Made by a program: the position numbers and the translations under genes. 64,000 bases of DNA from Octopus vulgaris. Lineage: Eukaryota. The notes under the pieces were generated by a model, which saw only the letters and a program-made list of their open reading frames with translations, was not told the DNA's origin and searched no databases. Positions 1 through 12,474 of the stretch are shown one piece after another. Each line of letters opens with the position of its first letter. Positions within the stretch are counted from its first letter, which is position 1. The stretch covers positions 58,280,001 to 58,344,000 of the forward strand of contig OX597825.1 of assembly GCA_951406725.2 (NCBI GenBank), read 5' to 3'.

Positions 1-2050
1 TCAACATCTGAAAACCAGGGAAGCAAGCAAATAGAAAAACTGAGAGAGAGAGAGAGAGAGAGTACATCAAAATCAATTAGGCTGTGAAAGTGAGTGAAAA
101 GTGAAACAAGAGAAAATATGTAGAGGAATTTTCCCAAAAAGATGTGGCATCCCAAAGAAATCTGGAAAAAACTTTTCAACATCACCAAGGAATTTCAGGA
201 AATTGGTAAACCACTTCCTACCTAGTCGAAGACAAGGATGGTAATGCTCTTACAAACTAGCAGAATCAGTTAGAGAGATCAGAGGAGCATTTTCAAGAGC
301 TTCTAAATTGTCCTGCTATAGTCAATGATCCAGACACACCTCCAGCAGAGACTTAGCTGAAACTCCAACACAAGGAGAAATATGGAAAGCAATCCTCAAA
401 ATGAGAGACAGGAAAGCACCAGACCCAGATTGAAGCCCAACTGAACCATTAGAAGAGGATGTAAATTTATTGGTTGAAGTCTTCTACTACCTGTTCAAAA
501 AAAATTAGGAATACAGAGAGGTTGCCAGATGACTGGAAACATGGCCATATCATTAAACTTCCAGAGAAAGTAAACCTAAGGGACTTCATCATTTGGAGAG
601 GTATCACATGCCTTTCCATCCTTGGAAAGGTATTTGACTGGGTGCTCCTTGAAAGGATGAAAGATCAGGTGGACAAACTTTTATGTGATGAAAAAGATGG
701 ATTCCAACAGGAGAGATCATGCACTGATCAGACAGCCATACTTTGAATATTAATCAGCCACTGGAATAGAACACCTCCTTGTATGAGAGCAGTGGGGCTA
801 AAAAGTTCCTGACTTTAAGGGTATCACTAAAGGCCAGGCTGGAGGTCCAACTTTCCGAGTTCTTTTACAGGGCTTAGAGAAACTGAAGGACTACTGTAAT
901 AAATGTGTGAACCTGAGAGGGGAATATGTTGAGTAAAATTATAATTAACTGATCCTCCTGTATTTTCTTTTACACAAAACCAGGAACTTTTAAACACCCC
1001 TTTGTACACAACCTTCATCGATTATAAAAATTTGACAGGATGGACAGGGTGGCACAGTGGAAATTGCTTTGACATTTTGTTATCCCAAAGATGATTACAT
1101 CGGTCAGGGCTGCTCATGAACAATCAACATTCCAAGTAGTATGTGATGGAACTTTGATGAAATCAGTCATTATCCTGATGGGAGTGAGACGATCTCTTTT
1201 TCTTTTCTTAATGGCAATTGACTGGGTGATAAAATAAACAACCATAGTATAACCCAGAGGAATATGATGGTCCTTCTTCAACCATCAGGAAGATATTGAC
1301 TTTGTTGATGACATTACACTTCCCTGTTAGCACCAAATTTACATGGAGGAGAAGGTCACAGAAATGAGTGTAACATCAATGGAAGTTGGTCCCAAGATCG
1401 ACATCAGGAAGGCAAAAAGCATCAGAGTACACACAGTCAATAATATCAGCTTCACAGTCAGGAAAGAGGAAACTGAAAATTTTAGTAATTTAGCATATCT
1501 GAGAAGCATTGTCAATAAGGAGGGTAGAACAGATCAGGGCATAAAAACAAAGATTGGTAAGCTGCCTTCAGTGTGCTTAGACCCATCTGGAGACCACAGA
1601 CCTTGTTATCAAGCACAACACTCAGGATCTTTAACATGAATGTGTAGATGGTTCTGCTATGCACATGTGAAACATAGTGAGTCACAAAGCTCCAAACATT
1701 TGTGAATAGATATCTCTGAGATATCCTTTGAGTGAGATGGCAGAAGAGACTCACAAACAAAGCCTTGTAGAAACACAACATATTGAAACTCAAATCAAAA
1801 CAAATAAGTGTGGTTAGCTAGGACATACACCTAACAGAAACTAGTTTCCAACATTACAAGGTAAGCTCTCTGATGGACACCCCAAGAGAGATAGAAACAT
1901 GACATACCAAAAGCAGCAAAGAGAAGGCCCACAGAAACTGAAACACTGGCAGGTGGTTACACCAAGGGACAATTGTATTCCATTGCCAAAGACTGAGGTA
2001 GATAGAAATCCCTTGTTGGTTTTATATGCGCTACACATAGTCAAACAAAT
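1..2050 (+). mobile_element. Decayed RTE-clade non-LTR retrotransposon (RT region, many stops/frameshifts)
   Basis: 474..746 encodes LPDDWKHGHIIKLPEK..WRGITCLSILGKVF..GFQQERSCTDQ; EDIDFVDDI (FADD-like) near 1290; RTE-like C-terminal remnants to ~2050. Confidence 0.85.
782..1006. mobile_element. Tc1/mariner-type MITE inserted into the RTE remnant
   Basis: TA at both ends; inverted termini aaaagttcctgacttt / aaaaccaggaactttt; RTE sequence resumes after it; sister copies at 34171..34386 and ~11890. Confidence 0.75.
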
Positions 2051-2527
2051 TAATATAATATAACATAACATACTTCTTACATATCAGGAAGTTGGGGCAG
2101 TGGCGTTCTATGAGGTGTATGACCATATGAGGCAGCCTCTTTGGTGAGAGTAATGGTCAAACGTAGGCTGATGGTAAACTATATTTAAGAAAGAGGGTCA
2201 CCAATTTGGCTATCATGTGAAGTGGCCAAAACTCGTGCAATGTCCCTGATACACTACTGAGTTAGCAATGTCAGGATCACCATTATAATATTGAAAGGTG
2301 CCAGGACCTGATGATGGAACAGACACAATACCTTCTTTAGAAATTGGTGATGATGCTGGTAACATATCTAAAATGAACAGAAGTTGATGGCACTGAGCTT
2401 TCAAATGTTCTCATCTCTGTTTCATAATTTATTTTTAGCTAGGTTTTGAAAAAGAATTTTCGAAGCTAAACCTCTTTGTGTATAAACTAATTAAAGGGCA
2501 CTACCTGTACCCTTTGATTGGTTTATC

Positions 2528-3116
2528 CTGTTGCATGTAAACATTTGGTATTTTTTGTTCAGTTAACTGCATTGCTCTAGACCTTTTAGCACTTCACTTG
2601 TTAACTCAGTTAAAGAATAATGATTCTTTCTGATATGTATTCCTCATTACTTTATTCTCCATTATCTCCTCTCTCCAGACATACAAACACCTGTACAATA
2701 TCTGAGTGATTTATAATAATGAAGATTAGCTATAATAAGTGTGGTTAGCTAGGACATACACCTAACAGAAACTAGTTTCCAACATTACAAGGCAAGCCCT
2801 TTGTATCTTAAGATCTCATCGCCACTATTTTTACCTTTTTCCAGTTTCACCCCAATCACTCCTACCCCCTCTTTTATAGTAAGAGAAGCTATCTAGCTCC
2901 CCATACAGCAAGGAAACATTATAGATCATTCAGAAATTGTACAGGTATTTGTATGTCTGGAGAAAGAAGATATTGGAGAATAAAATCATGATGAAAATGA
3001 GGAAGACAAAACAGAAAGAATCATTATTCTTTTATTCAGTTAACGAGTGAAGTGCTAAAAGGTCTAGAACAATGTAGTTAACTGAACAAGAAATATTAAA
3101 CATTTACATGCTACAG
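2528..3116. repeat. Imperfect inverted repeat, ~190-bp arms (2528..2717 / 2918..3116)
   Basis: e.g. ctagaccttttagcacttcact vs agtgaagtgctaaaaggtctag; tccagacatacaaacacctgtacaat vs attgtacaggtatttgtatgtctgga. Confidence 0.85.
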
Positions 3117-4134
3117 CTTTTTTCTGTCCTCTCTCTCTCACTTTAACCCTTTATCCCTACTGTGGCTCCATTCATTCAAAGAGGGTCTTGGTTTTACAGG
3201 CTGCATAGCAATCTCACTAGTATTGGTGCCAAAAAAGGGCACCCACTTCACACTGTATAATGGTTGGCATCAGGAAGGGCATCCAGCTGTAGAAAAATTC
3301 TTTCTCAGAAAGAAAGAAATGCCAAATTTCTTGCCTTTTCTCTTCTCCATGAGGTAGTGATACTGTTCTGAAAGTTTGACAATCAGTTTATACCTGTCTC
3401 ATAAGATGTGTGTAATAGTAAAACTATACCTCCTATGCAATAAATATGTAAATATGCTCAGGTTCTAGTTTCTAGTGTCCTGAAAAGTGACACTGAAAAT
3501 TTTATTCCACTAAAATAAACTGTAGCCTTTTCATTGTTCAAAGTGTCTAAGTCATCTATTATAAATCCATTGATGTCTAGAATACACTCATTATAGGAAT
3601 AAAAAGTGAAGCTAGTACATGACTGCTACTGTATTCTTTAAGTGCAGAAGGATGAAAGATAAAAATCAGCTTGGTGGGATTCAAACTCAAAATCTAAAGG
3701 AGTAGTAAATACTGCAACACATTTTGTCTGACACTAATGATTTGTTAAACCCTTTTTAAGGTGAGAAGATGTGATTTTTGTAAAATTTGGCTGTTATTTC
3801 TAGTGATTAGATAGAGCCTGCATGAGTAATTGTGTCACTCAGTCCATATATAATATTTCACATGGTTTGGGCAATGACATGTGACTTTTTATCATAATGA
3901 TTCGCTTAACCTTTTTGCTATCATATTTCTGTTGTTTCAATAAATATTAAAGATGAAGAATTAGTAGTATAACATTGTCATTATTAATCTGTTGTTTTGA
4001 CCATAAATTAGCATGAAATTTTGAGGGAAGGTTCTAATTGATTACTTTAAAATAGGAAGTCTGTATCATAGGATCAGGGCTGGAGTTGATATTAAAAGGG
4101 CTGTGTTCCATAATGTCTGCTCTCTTATGGTGTT

Positions 4135-4370
4135 TAGTGGAGGTACATGGCTTAGTGGTTAAGGTGTTGGGCTTATAATTGTAAGATTGTGGTTTTGATT
4201 GCTGGACCGGGTGACACATTGTGTTCTTGAGCAAAACACTTCATTTCATGTTGCTCCAATCCACTCAGCTGGCAAAAAGAGTAATCCTATGGGGAATGAA
4301 TATGCCATGGAAACCAGGAAGCCAGCCCTTATGAACTGGCATAACTTGAGAAGGAAACTTTATCTTTTTT
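4135..4370 (+). mobile_element. tRNA-derived SINE (family also at ~15480, ~23200, 44945..45195, 45857..46018, ~52475)
   Basis: A-box-like tggcttagtgg, B-box-like ggttttgattgc, shared body gtgttcttgagcaaaacacttcatttc. Confidence 0.65.
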
Positions 4371-5396
4371 ATAATGGTATTTGTATGTAGTGTAGGGATT
4401 TGAAGCCAAACACAAGATATTAAGTAAAGAATCACTAGTAAACCACTACAGTTTCACATGATTCATCTATAAATTAGGCAGTCAGCATGAAACTGTGATA
4501 TAGCTCATAAGATGATGTAAGATGTGCCCGCTTTTCACCTTACAAAAATTGTTTGGTGCCCAACTCAGCCAGATGGCCATAGGCATTCACGCAGATGGCC
4601 CTGGGCATTCAAACAGATGGCTTTGAGCATTCATGCAGACAGCTTCAGGCAGTTATGCAGATGGTGTTGGCAGACTACTAAGCCTTGGCATGATTTCAGA
4701 GCAAATTTTATCTCAAACCTTTCCAACCTCAGAGTAACAGCCAGTATTTTAATTTTTTCACATCCTTTTCATTTGAGTGATTCCAAATAAAATGTTTTGC
4801 AGTTGGGGTTCAAATCCCTACAGGAGACTTCTCCCAATCATTTGCAGTGTTTTGACAGACCACTAAGACAGATGACTTTGGCAGACTTCTATGACAGATG
4901 ACCTCAGTAGACAACTAACAGCAGATGGTCTTGTCAGCATTCACACAGAGCACCTTGGGCACTCACAGAATGCAGATCGCTAAGATCAGACCACCTTCAG
5001 CTTTCAGACAGATCACCTCGAGAAAGAAATAGCTTGTGGTACACAATGTACCACAAGTAGCCTTCTACCAGACACAGTACGGTTCTCTCCTCCCAGTTGG
5101 CTGTTATATTATCAGCATCTTCCTTTTGCAAACAGCCAACACAGTAAATCATATCCAGCAATAAATATGCTACAGGTTAAAAGTTAAAAGTCCATGAATT
5201 GTTTCTTTTATTATACATACAAACGGCTAAGGGTTGCTTCTAGATTCAACTCATTTGTGTCTGGTGTACAGACTCATCTACTGAATGACGACTATAGTGT
5301 TGTAGGATAAAACAGGTTAAGAATCTGACCTCCCAAGTAGGTTCTTTTCTGTCGAAAAAGGGAAGAGAAGAATAGTGAATATCAATGAAAGAGCTA

Positions 5397-6620
5397 AGCT
5401 ATGACTACAGATTGGTCCCCTTCGACAACAATATGTTTCGTTTCAGAAAAAAAAATTGCGTATCTTTTAATGAAATTTTGCAGAGTTATATTTTTGAAAA
5501 TATAGATTACGATTATATTGATTGATAATATTGGTTTCAAATTATGGCACAAAGCCAGCAATTTCGGTGAAGGGGATAAGTTGATAACATCGACCCCAGT
5601 AATCAACTGGTACTTATTTTTTGGCTTCCAAAAGGATGAAAGTCAAAGTCAGCCGCGGCAGAATTTGCTAATATTAAAAATTAATTTTTTTTCTTTCTTC
5701 GCTTATTTGTGTTTTCTTCGGTTTTGGATTTCTATTTATGTGATTCTGGATTATATATGTATCATGTGTGTGTGTGTTATATACGTAATTATTAAATTCG
5801 AAGAATCGAAATAAAGTATAAGTGCTTTCTATAAAAAAAATTAGGTAATCTTTCAGTATATGGTGATTAAAAAGTAAGTAAAGATTGGAGGACTAACAAG
5901 GGGAGATAAATACGTCAGCTTAACGTTGACATTGGCTATAGCCACCAAAAAGTGAGCAAAAGTCTCTTTCTTTGGTACAGAATTCCTCTATATAAGCGCG
6001 TGTAAATATGAAACGAATAAATTATCTGACGTCGTAATTTTCTTTTTACCCGCACCCATATATTCTCCACATTTTGCATATGGGCGTCGTTATTTGTCGG
6101 ATCTACAAAGTTCTGATGCACAATCACTTCGTGAGTGGACATACCGTTATTTAGGTATGAGAGCCTAATTATTTCCTCTTTAATTTTTATTTATTTTTCA
6201 AACACCATCTACTGACAGATTACCAAAATGTTTAAGGTGTTTTGAATTATTCCTCACCTAATTTTATTTCCTTATAACATTTTGAAATGCGTGTTTTTAA
6301 GAGACGATTTTCAGAAATACTTTACAGAGAGTGTTAATTATGTAATGTTAATGTTTGAAACATATAAGCTTGAAAAAGAAAAAAAAGGTGAAAACAGGTA
6401 AAATTACAGAAATTAGTTATCCTAAAGCCAAAGCAGCTGGGGGAGGAAGGAGAAAAACGATCAAAAACTCTTTCGCAAGTCCTTTTTTTGTAAATCTTAT
6501 CAATATAATTGCAATCTACATCATCGAAAACATATTTCTGCAAAATTTCCTTAAATAATATGCAATTATCAGAAAGTTATGACAAAACGGAAGTCTGTGG
6601 CACCAATCTGTACTTGTGCC
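5397..6620 (-). mobile_element. Merlin/IS1016 (ISXO2-like) DNA transposon remnant with terminal inverted repeats
   Basis: 5936..6142 encodes HEVIVHQNFVDPTNNDAHMQNVENIWVRVKRK (Merlin DDE-region motif H..V.H..NFVDP...AH.Q..E..W); ~5406..5522 is an imperfect reverse complement of ~6499..6612; SINE fragment nested at ~5525..5665. Confidence 0.75.
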
Positions 6621-6926
6621 CGTTAATCGAGTCGTTCTCCTTACACAACTTTGGTCAGTTGCTACAGCAACTGTCAATGTTTATTGTGGTACAACGAGAT
6701 TTAATACTGAAGTCTCGATCAAATCTCGTGTTATCTATCATGGCGTCTTACTCTGGTTTGTTTCTCCATTAACTTTCTTCTAAATTTCTTTCTTCCCTTT
6801 TTCATTTGATGTAATTTAAAAAAGAGGAGAAAATAACTATAATAGAAAATAAGCTGTTGTTTGTGATATTTTGTTCATCCAAATACAAACTCGTGGAAGC
6901 TGTGAGCATTGACAGTGTGTTTTATA

Positions 6927-8201
6927 ATGAATCCGTCATCATCGGCTTACAGTGATGATACATATTATCATCAGCATCACCAACGTGGCCAACAGAGTAG
7001 ACCACTACCTCCACCACCAATACCTCCATCACAACAACATCAACCATATGACACAAATAATGACAACTTCTCTTCCAGATCCTACGGCGAGAGCCAACGT
7101 ACGTTCCGCAACTTTCCCCCTAGCGAACAACAGCACCGGGGTACCAGATATAACCATCCTGATGAGGGAAATTATTATAAAGATCATGACTCCAAAAACT
7201 ACCCCCCACCTTACGGCCGAACTGAAGGAGCTTTGCCACCGTATAATTATTCTGATCATCCAAGGTCTAGGCTTGAGCAAGGAAGTAATACTAACAACAA
7301 CAATAATAACACGAGGAACATGTTACATTCGAACTCTCTTCCACCAATCACTAATGACAACAACTACCCGCCGAAATACAGCAGAAGCGGTTTCAGACCA
7401 GAACAGTTTCCTAACACTAACGTACCACCACCACCGCCGCCGCCACGCCCACCGCCATTACACATGCATCAACAAGTGACGACAAGGTTACCGTCACAGC
7501 CACCACCGACTCGTCCTCAACCACCGCTGCCACCACTCATCAGGGACCAAGCTGGATTCTACTCGGGAGTGAATTACATTCCCCAACAGAAGAACGTTGC
7601 AACACCAGAGTATCCGGCCAACTTCAACCTGCCCCCTTTCCCCGGCCTCGACACATCGTGTCCCCCACCTTCCCTGCCGCCTCTGCCACCCCTACCACTA
7701 CCACCGGTGATACCCCATACTTCATCTGCCCCATCCTCTGCTGGTCCATCACCACTGCCTCCACAGTATTTGAAACCTTGTTCTGCACCGATGTATCTAG
7801 GAACCGACAGTTCTAATTCCATTGTTTCTAGCATCCCATCCAATGCCACTTCTGTTCCCCCTCCTCCCCCTCTCGGTCCCAGTTTTATTTCTCCCCCGCC
7901 CCCTCCTCTGGCCGACACCTTAAATACGAATCAATTGCACGGGGATAATAATTTTAATACTCCATCAAACAGTGGACTGTCTGATGTGACTTTAGCGACA
8001 TCAAACTTCAGTGTTCCACCTCCACTCACGCCAGTTTATGGGAACAGGATCCCACAAAAACCTGACAGTTCTGTAGATTCTGAATATTCCCAAATCGATG
8101 ATGCCTTACAACTCCAAAGACAACAAGACAAAGAATGGATTAAGCAAAAGTTTTCCACGAAAATCCAGGACCGGCCTGTAAAGAAACCTTCAACCATCAC
8201 G
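6927..8201 (+). CDS. PDCD7: PDCD7 / U11-59K exon 1 (425 codons, Pro/Asn/Gln/Tyr-rich low complexity)
   Basis: ATG 6927 in the 482-aa ORF; donor ACG/gtatgt at 8202; phase 0 into exon 2. Confidence 0.85.
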
Positions 8202-10740
8202 GTATGTTCAGATTGGAAGATTTTCTTAGCATTTTATTGTTTAGCTCCAGATTGGACAGACGAACGAATGAATGTATTTGACTCGTGTCTTTGTTTCAGG
8301 CATAGTGTATCGAGGAAGACATTATCCAAAGTGTCTTCTGTCTCTTGTATAATTTGAAATGACAATCTACATCTGACAGTGTAGTTGCTAATGTACAAAA
8401 AGATGAGATGGTCACAACTGGAATATCTCTGATCATAGGTCAGCGTGACCAAAGCTGCTTGGTGTTAAATAGCATACGTGAAATATGCTTTCAAGAGTGT
8501 AGATTATGTAATGTTGATATTTCTAACATAAATCGGCATAATTAAATAAATAAAGGGAAAATTGCTTGCAGTATAGAAACTGGTGGTAACAAAGTTGGGG
8601 AAAGGTGGCGATGGTGTTGGGGGTGAAGTATTATCCGAAGTTACACTCCCCTGACATTTTATTTTTCTAAAACGATAAAACTGAAGGGCACCAACTTATA
8701 GTAATACTGATTAGAATGCTTCAGGAAAGAATTACAAGATGGATTCATCAAGCTGAGCCAACTGGTAGGAGACCCAGGAATAGACCGAGAATGAGATGGT
8801 TTAATAATATCCATGGTCTCAGTGGTCTAATGACAGTTGATAAGTCAAGGAGGTGCCTGAGGACTCTCCAAGAATAGTGAGTAGAGAACACGGATGGATT
8901 TGAATATACCCATTTTACTTTTATGCTATTTGTAATGCATTCCTCTTATAAGTTTCAGTTTTAAGGCAGTGTTTATAATGTACTGAGTTAAAGTCTGAGC
9001 CTTGAGTAAATGTGTTGCACAGGTGATTATAAATACTTTGTGGTTCAAATCTAGGCACCATGTTGTGTCCAAGACAGACATTGAATACTCAACAGCTTAG
9101 TCCATTTAGTACCAATGAGTAAAACAGCTTACCATTATAAGCAGCTACACCATTGTAAATTTGAGATGCGTTTCATAAACTTCCACTACTGAGTTCAGTT
9201 TCATGTATATTTTATTGTGAGAAATCGGTGTGGGTATTACAGGTGAAAATATTGTAACTCTTGGGGAAAGTGATTAAGTAATCAGGTTTGGATTTTTCAC
9301 TTGGCAAACCTACAGTTTCTTCATTTTAGTTCTTGTAAATATGCTTAATTGTAAAGTATTAGATGAATATGGCAACAGAATAATCTATAATAGATCAATA
9401 GTTATAGAGTGATATTGATTGGTAGATTATTTTACTGACACAATAAGTAAAACAGCGATCAGTTATATTAATGGATCAAATATGAAATCTGAGGAGAAGA
9501 GCGATGGCTTGTGTCAGTGTAAGAGAATTTGATAAGAGATCAGTTATGGTGAAGGGCATAGTCTCCAATGTTTCTGGCCCTTTGCACTGTGTCTGAGAGT
9601 GGTCATCATTTTTAAGTTCTATGCTGACATAATTTGGATGAAATTTCATGGTCAGATGTCTCTCCTGATGTCAACCTTTATTTGTTTTCATGTATTCCAC
9701 ATCCTCACACATCAGACCTCTGAGCTGTCAGACTTTTTGTTCATTCAGAACATAAACAATACCACCACTGCCCAAGTAGTGTCAATGTAGAGACAGCCTT
9801 CCATACAGTTACTATCAAATTCCATTCACAAGGCATTGATCAGCCCTCTAAAGCAAGAAACATGTTTTGTCTTTTCCCTTCTTTCATTCTTTAATTTCTC
9901 ATCTTCATGCATAAAACCACTCCCCTCACTGTTATAGCTCCCCTCAGTTGAAGGGGATTTAGTCTTGCAAACTTCATGGCTAACTCATTGCAAAAAAGAA
10001 AAATCACAATACAGTGTGTACTGTAAAGTGGATGGTGTTTGGAAGGGCTGTAGAAACCATGCCAAAGCATGGAACACAATGCAGTTTTGGACCTGTCAGA
10101 TCTTGCCATAGATGCTGAAAGATGATTATGATAGTCCTGCCTGTTATTTAAGAAGAGAGTATAAAAGTGTTGTCACTGACATTTTGAGGCTAATTATATT
10201 AATAAGTTATTGCATTGCTTGGATTTAGTAGTTCCTTTCTTGTTTCAAACACATACTCTAATTGATTTATTAGGATGAAAAGCATATAACAGCTATGTTA
10301 ATGAAGATTGCTTTCTTTTTAAATTTAAATATCATGGACATCCTAGTGATTTTGGGATGTGGTACTCCAGGCTGTTATCATTCCCTGGTTAAATATGACT
10401 GCTTTTGAAATAACTCTAACAATCAGGACTATAAATGATCCTTTCACACTAGTGTAAGATTAACAATGGCTAGGTCTGTGCATGTATATATCATATTTCA
10501 TGTGAACGTGAAAATTGATATTAACCCAAAGTGTGCAGAGAAGCACTATTTCATCAACTAATTCCATACTTCAATGTCCCCAGTTAATAATGCGGGTGAT
10601 GGTGATAATCATCTTCATCCACCTAGCTTATACTAATAATAAACTTATATTGTTTATATCGTAATAAACTTTATTGGATCATTGATTCAAATAATATCTG
10701 GTATAATATATCAGTTTTTAAATTCAAATTTGTTATTCAG

Positions 10741-10884
10741 ATCTGGGAATCACAGAATCTTGTCCGTCAAATGCTGCTGACTGCTGGACAACTTCATAAA
10801 TTTAAGAAAACCCTAGAGAATATTCATGAAACTGCCACTGAAGAGGAATGGTTGGCTGAAATTAGAAGAATTGAAGCAACAAAG
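10741..10884 (+). CDS. PDCD7: PDCD7 exon 2
   Basis: ttcag/ IWESQNLVRQMLLTAGQLHKFKKTLENIHETATEEEWLAEIRRIEATK /gtaaca; 144 nt, phase 0-0. Confidence 0.85.
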
Positions 10885-11113
10885 GTAACATATTTATATT
10901 TTATGCATGACACATCTTTTCACTGTTTTTGTTTTACATATTCATTTTTTTATTATGTTAATGTTGGTCAGATGATTCCTGTCAGCAAAATTGTTTTTTT
11001 CAGTTGGATGTTCTATGCAGTTATTTCGCCTGCTGGATATAGAAGCTAAATTTCTCAAATCACACCCTAGTGTTGTGGTAAAAAATAAGGACACAAAATA
11101 ATGTAAACATAGA

Positions 11114-11331
11114 TATAGTAATCCCTCACCATATCGCGGACTCAGTACATCGCGGTTCACCTATCGCGCACTCAATACATCGCTGATTTTTCTGGCTGAT
11201 GTATGTAAATTTATATCGTGGAGTCCTCAGTATATCCAGATATCTGCAGTTGATAGGTAGTTATATTTTTTTAGATTTTAATTATTTCTGTGGAAGGTTT
11301 TGGAACCTGCGATAGTCGAGGGATTACTGTA
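11114..11331. mobile_element. pogo/Tigger-like MITE
   Basis: TIRs tatagtaatccctcaccatatcgc / gcgatagtcgagggattactgta with TA ends. Confidence 0.7.
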
Positions 11332-12384
11332 TACAAAAAAAATGATGGCAGGGCCTGCTTAATCAAAGTTGAATGGAGAGTAACAATTGTGATCTTGGAG
11401 TGGAAACTGTTTATTGTCAGTTGGGTAAATAAGAATAGGTAGAGTTCTTGGTAGGTTTGAAGACACATGTGCAAGAGTTACTGCTCATGATGTGATTTTG
11501 TGTACCAGTGTGTGTTGCCTACCACTACAAATGCATCAAAAACATGGACTATCAAGAAGAGCATTGAAAATAAAGTAAGATCCATGGAATAACAAAAGTG
11601 GAGAAATAACAGGATAATGGTGGTAACAGGTTTAACAGATATTATATGGAGAATAATCCAGAAATGGTTTTTCATGGGATGTGTTTAGAAGAAAGCATAA
11701 CAGATAGTACAGCAAATTGACAAAGTGGACACCATGTCTAGAAAAGAGAATGAAAGGAAGACCATGCAGAAGTTGGAATGAAGACTTTGTTAAATTCTTT
11801 GGCATCCAAACATGCATGAGGAAAACAGCAGATCATGGTTGGTGGAGGCCTTCATCCGGCAGTGGACTGAACAATGTGCAAAAATGATGTATGAGGGGGT
11901 ACTGAAAAGTTCCTGGCTTTAAGGGTATCATGAAAGTTTGATACTTAGTCTGTCCTTCCTCACAGTTGCATTAGTTTATATGTCTCCAGAAGATTGTCCT
12001 TTGCAGATATCCCTAATCGTTTTGGTTGCCTCATTTTCCAAGATCTGATCCTTTCATAATCCACACTCAAGTCTGCAGGTTTTTCTTGGGTTAATTCTAA
12101 AACTCACTCATTACTGCATTTCCCTTTGTCATCTTGCTTACAACACTTTATCATCGCTATATGGGGTGGGGAGTTGGTCAGCTTTGCCTTTCATTCTTTC
12201 AGTGTCTATAAAATATGGTACCACTTGAGTACTAGGGTTAGGGTTGATTTTTATTTTGATGCCAAAATATTGAGACATTGCAAGTGAGGTGTTGACTATG
12301 ATAAACCAACCAACCAACCAATATAAAGACAAAAGCAAAAAAATTGTATTACTTATATATTCCTGAAAAACGTATTTTTTGTAG

Positions 12385-12474
12385 GAGACATTGGAAGATT
12401 TACGTCGGAAAATCACTGATAAAAATCTGATTGAAGAACTGGAAAAGAAGGTGAAAGCAAGACTAAAGAAAAGG
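12385..12474 (+). CDS. PDCD7: PDCD7 exon 3
   Basis: tgtag/ ETLEDLRRKITDKNLIEELEKKVKARLKKR /gtaagt; 90 nt, phase 0-0. Confidence 0.9.

Noticed and set aside
6952-7918. Overlapping ORFs (175 aa on +; 83 and 114 aa on -) within PDCD7 exon 1
   Set aside because: Shadow frames of low-complexity Pro/Asn codons; no recognisable domain
8202-8357. ORF-track extension VCSDWKIF..
   Set aside because: Intronic read-through past the donor at 8202
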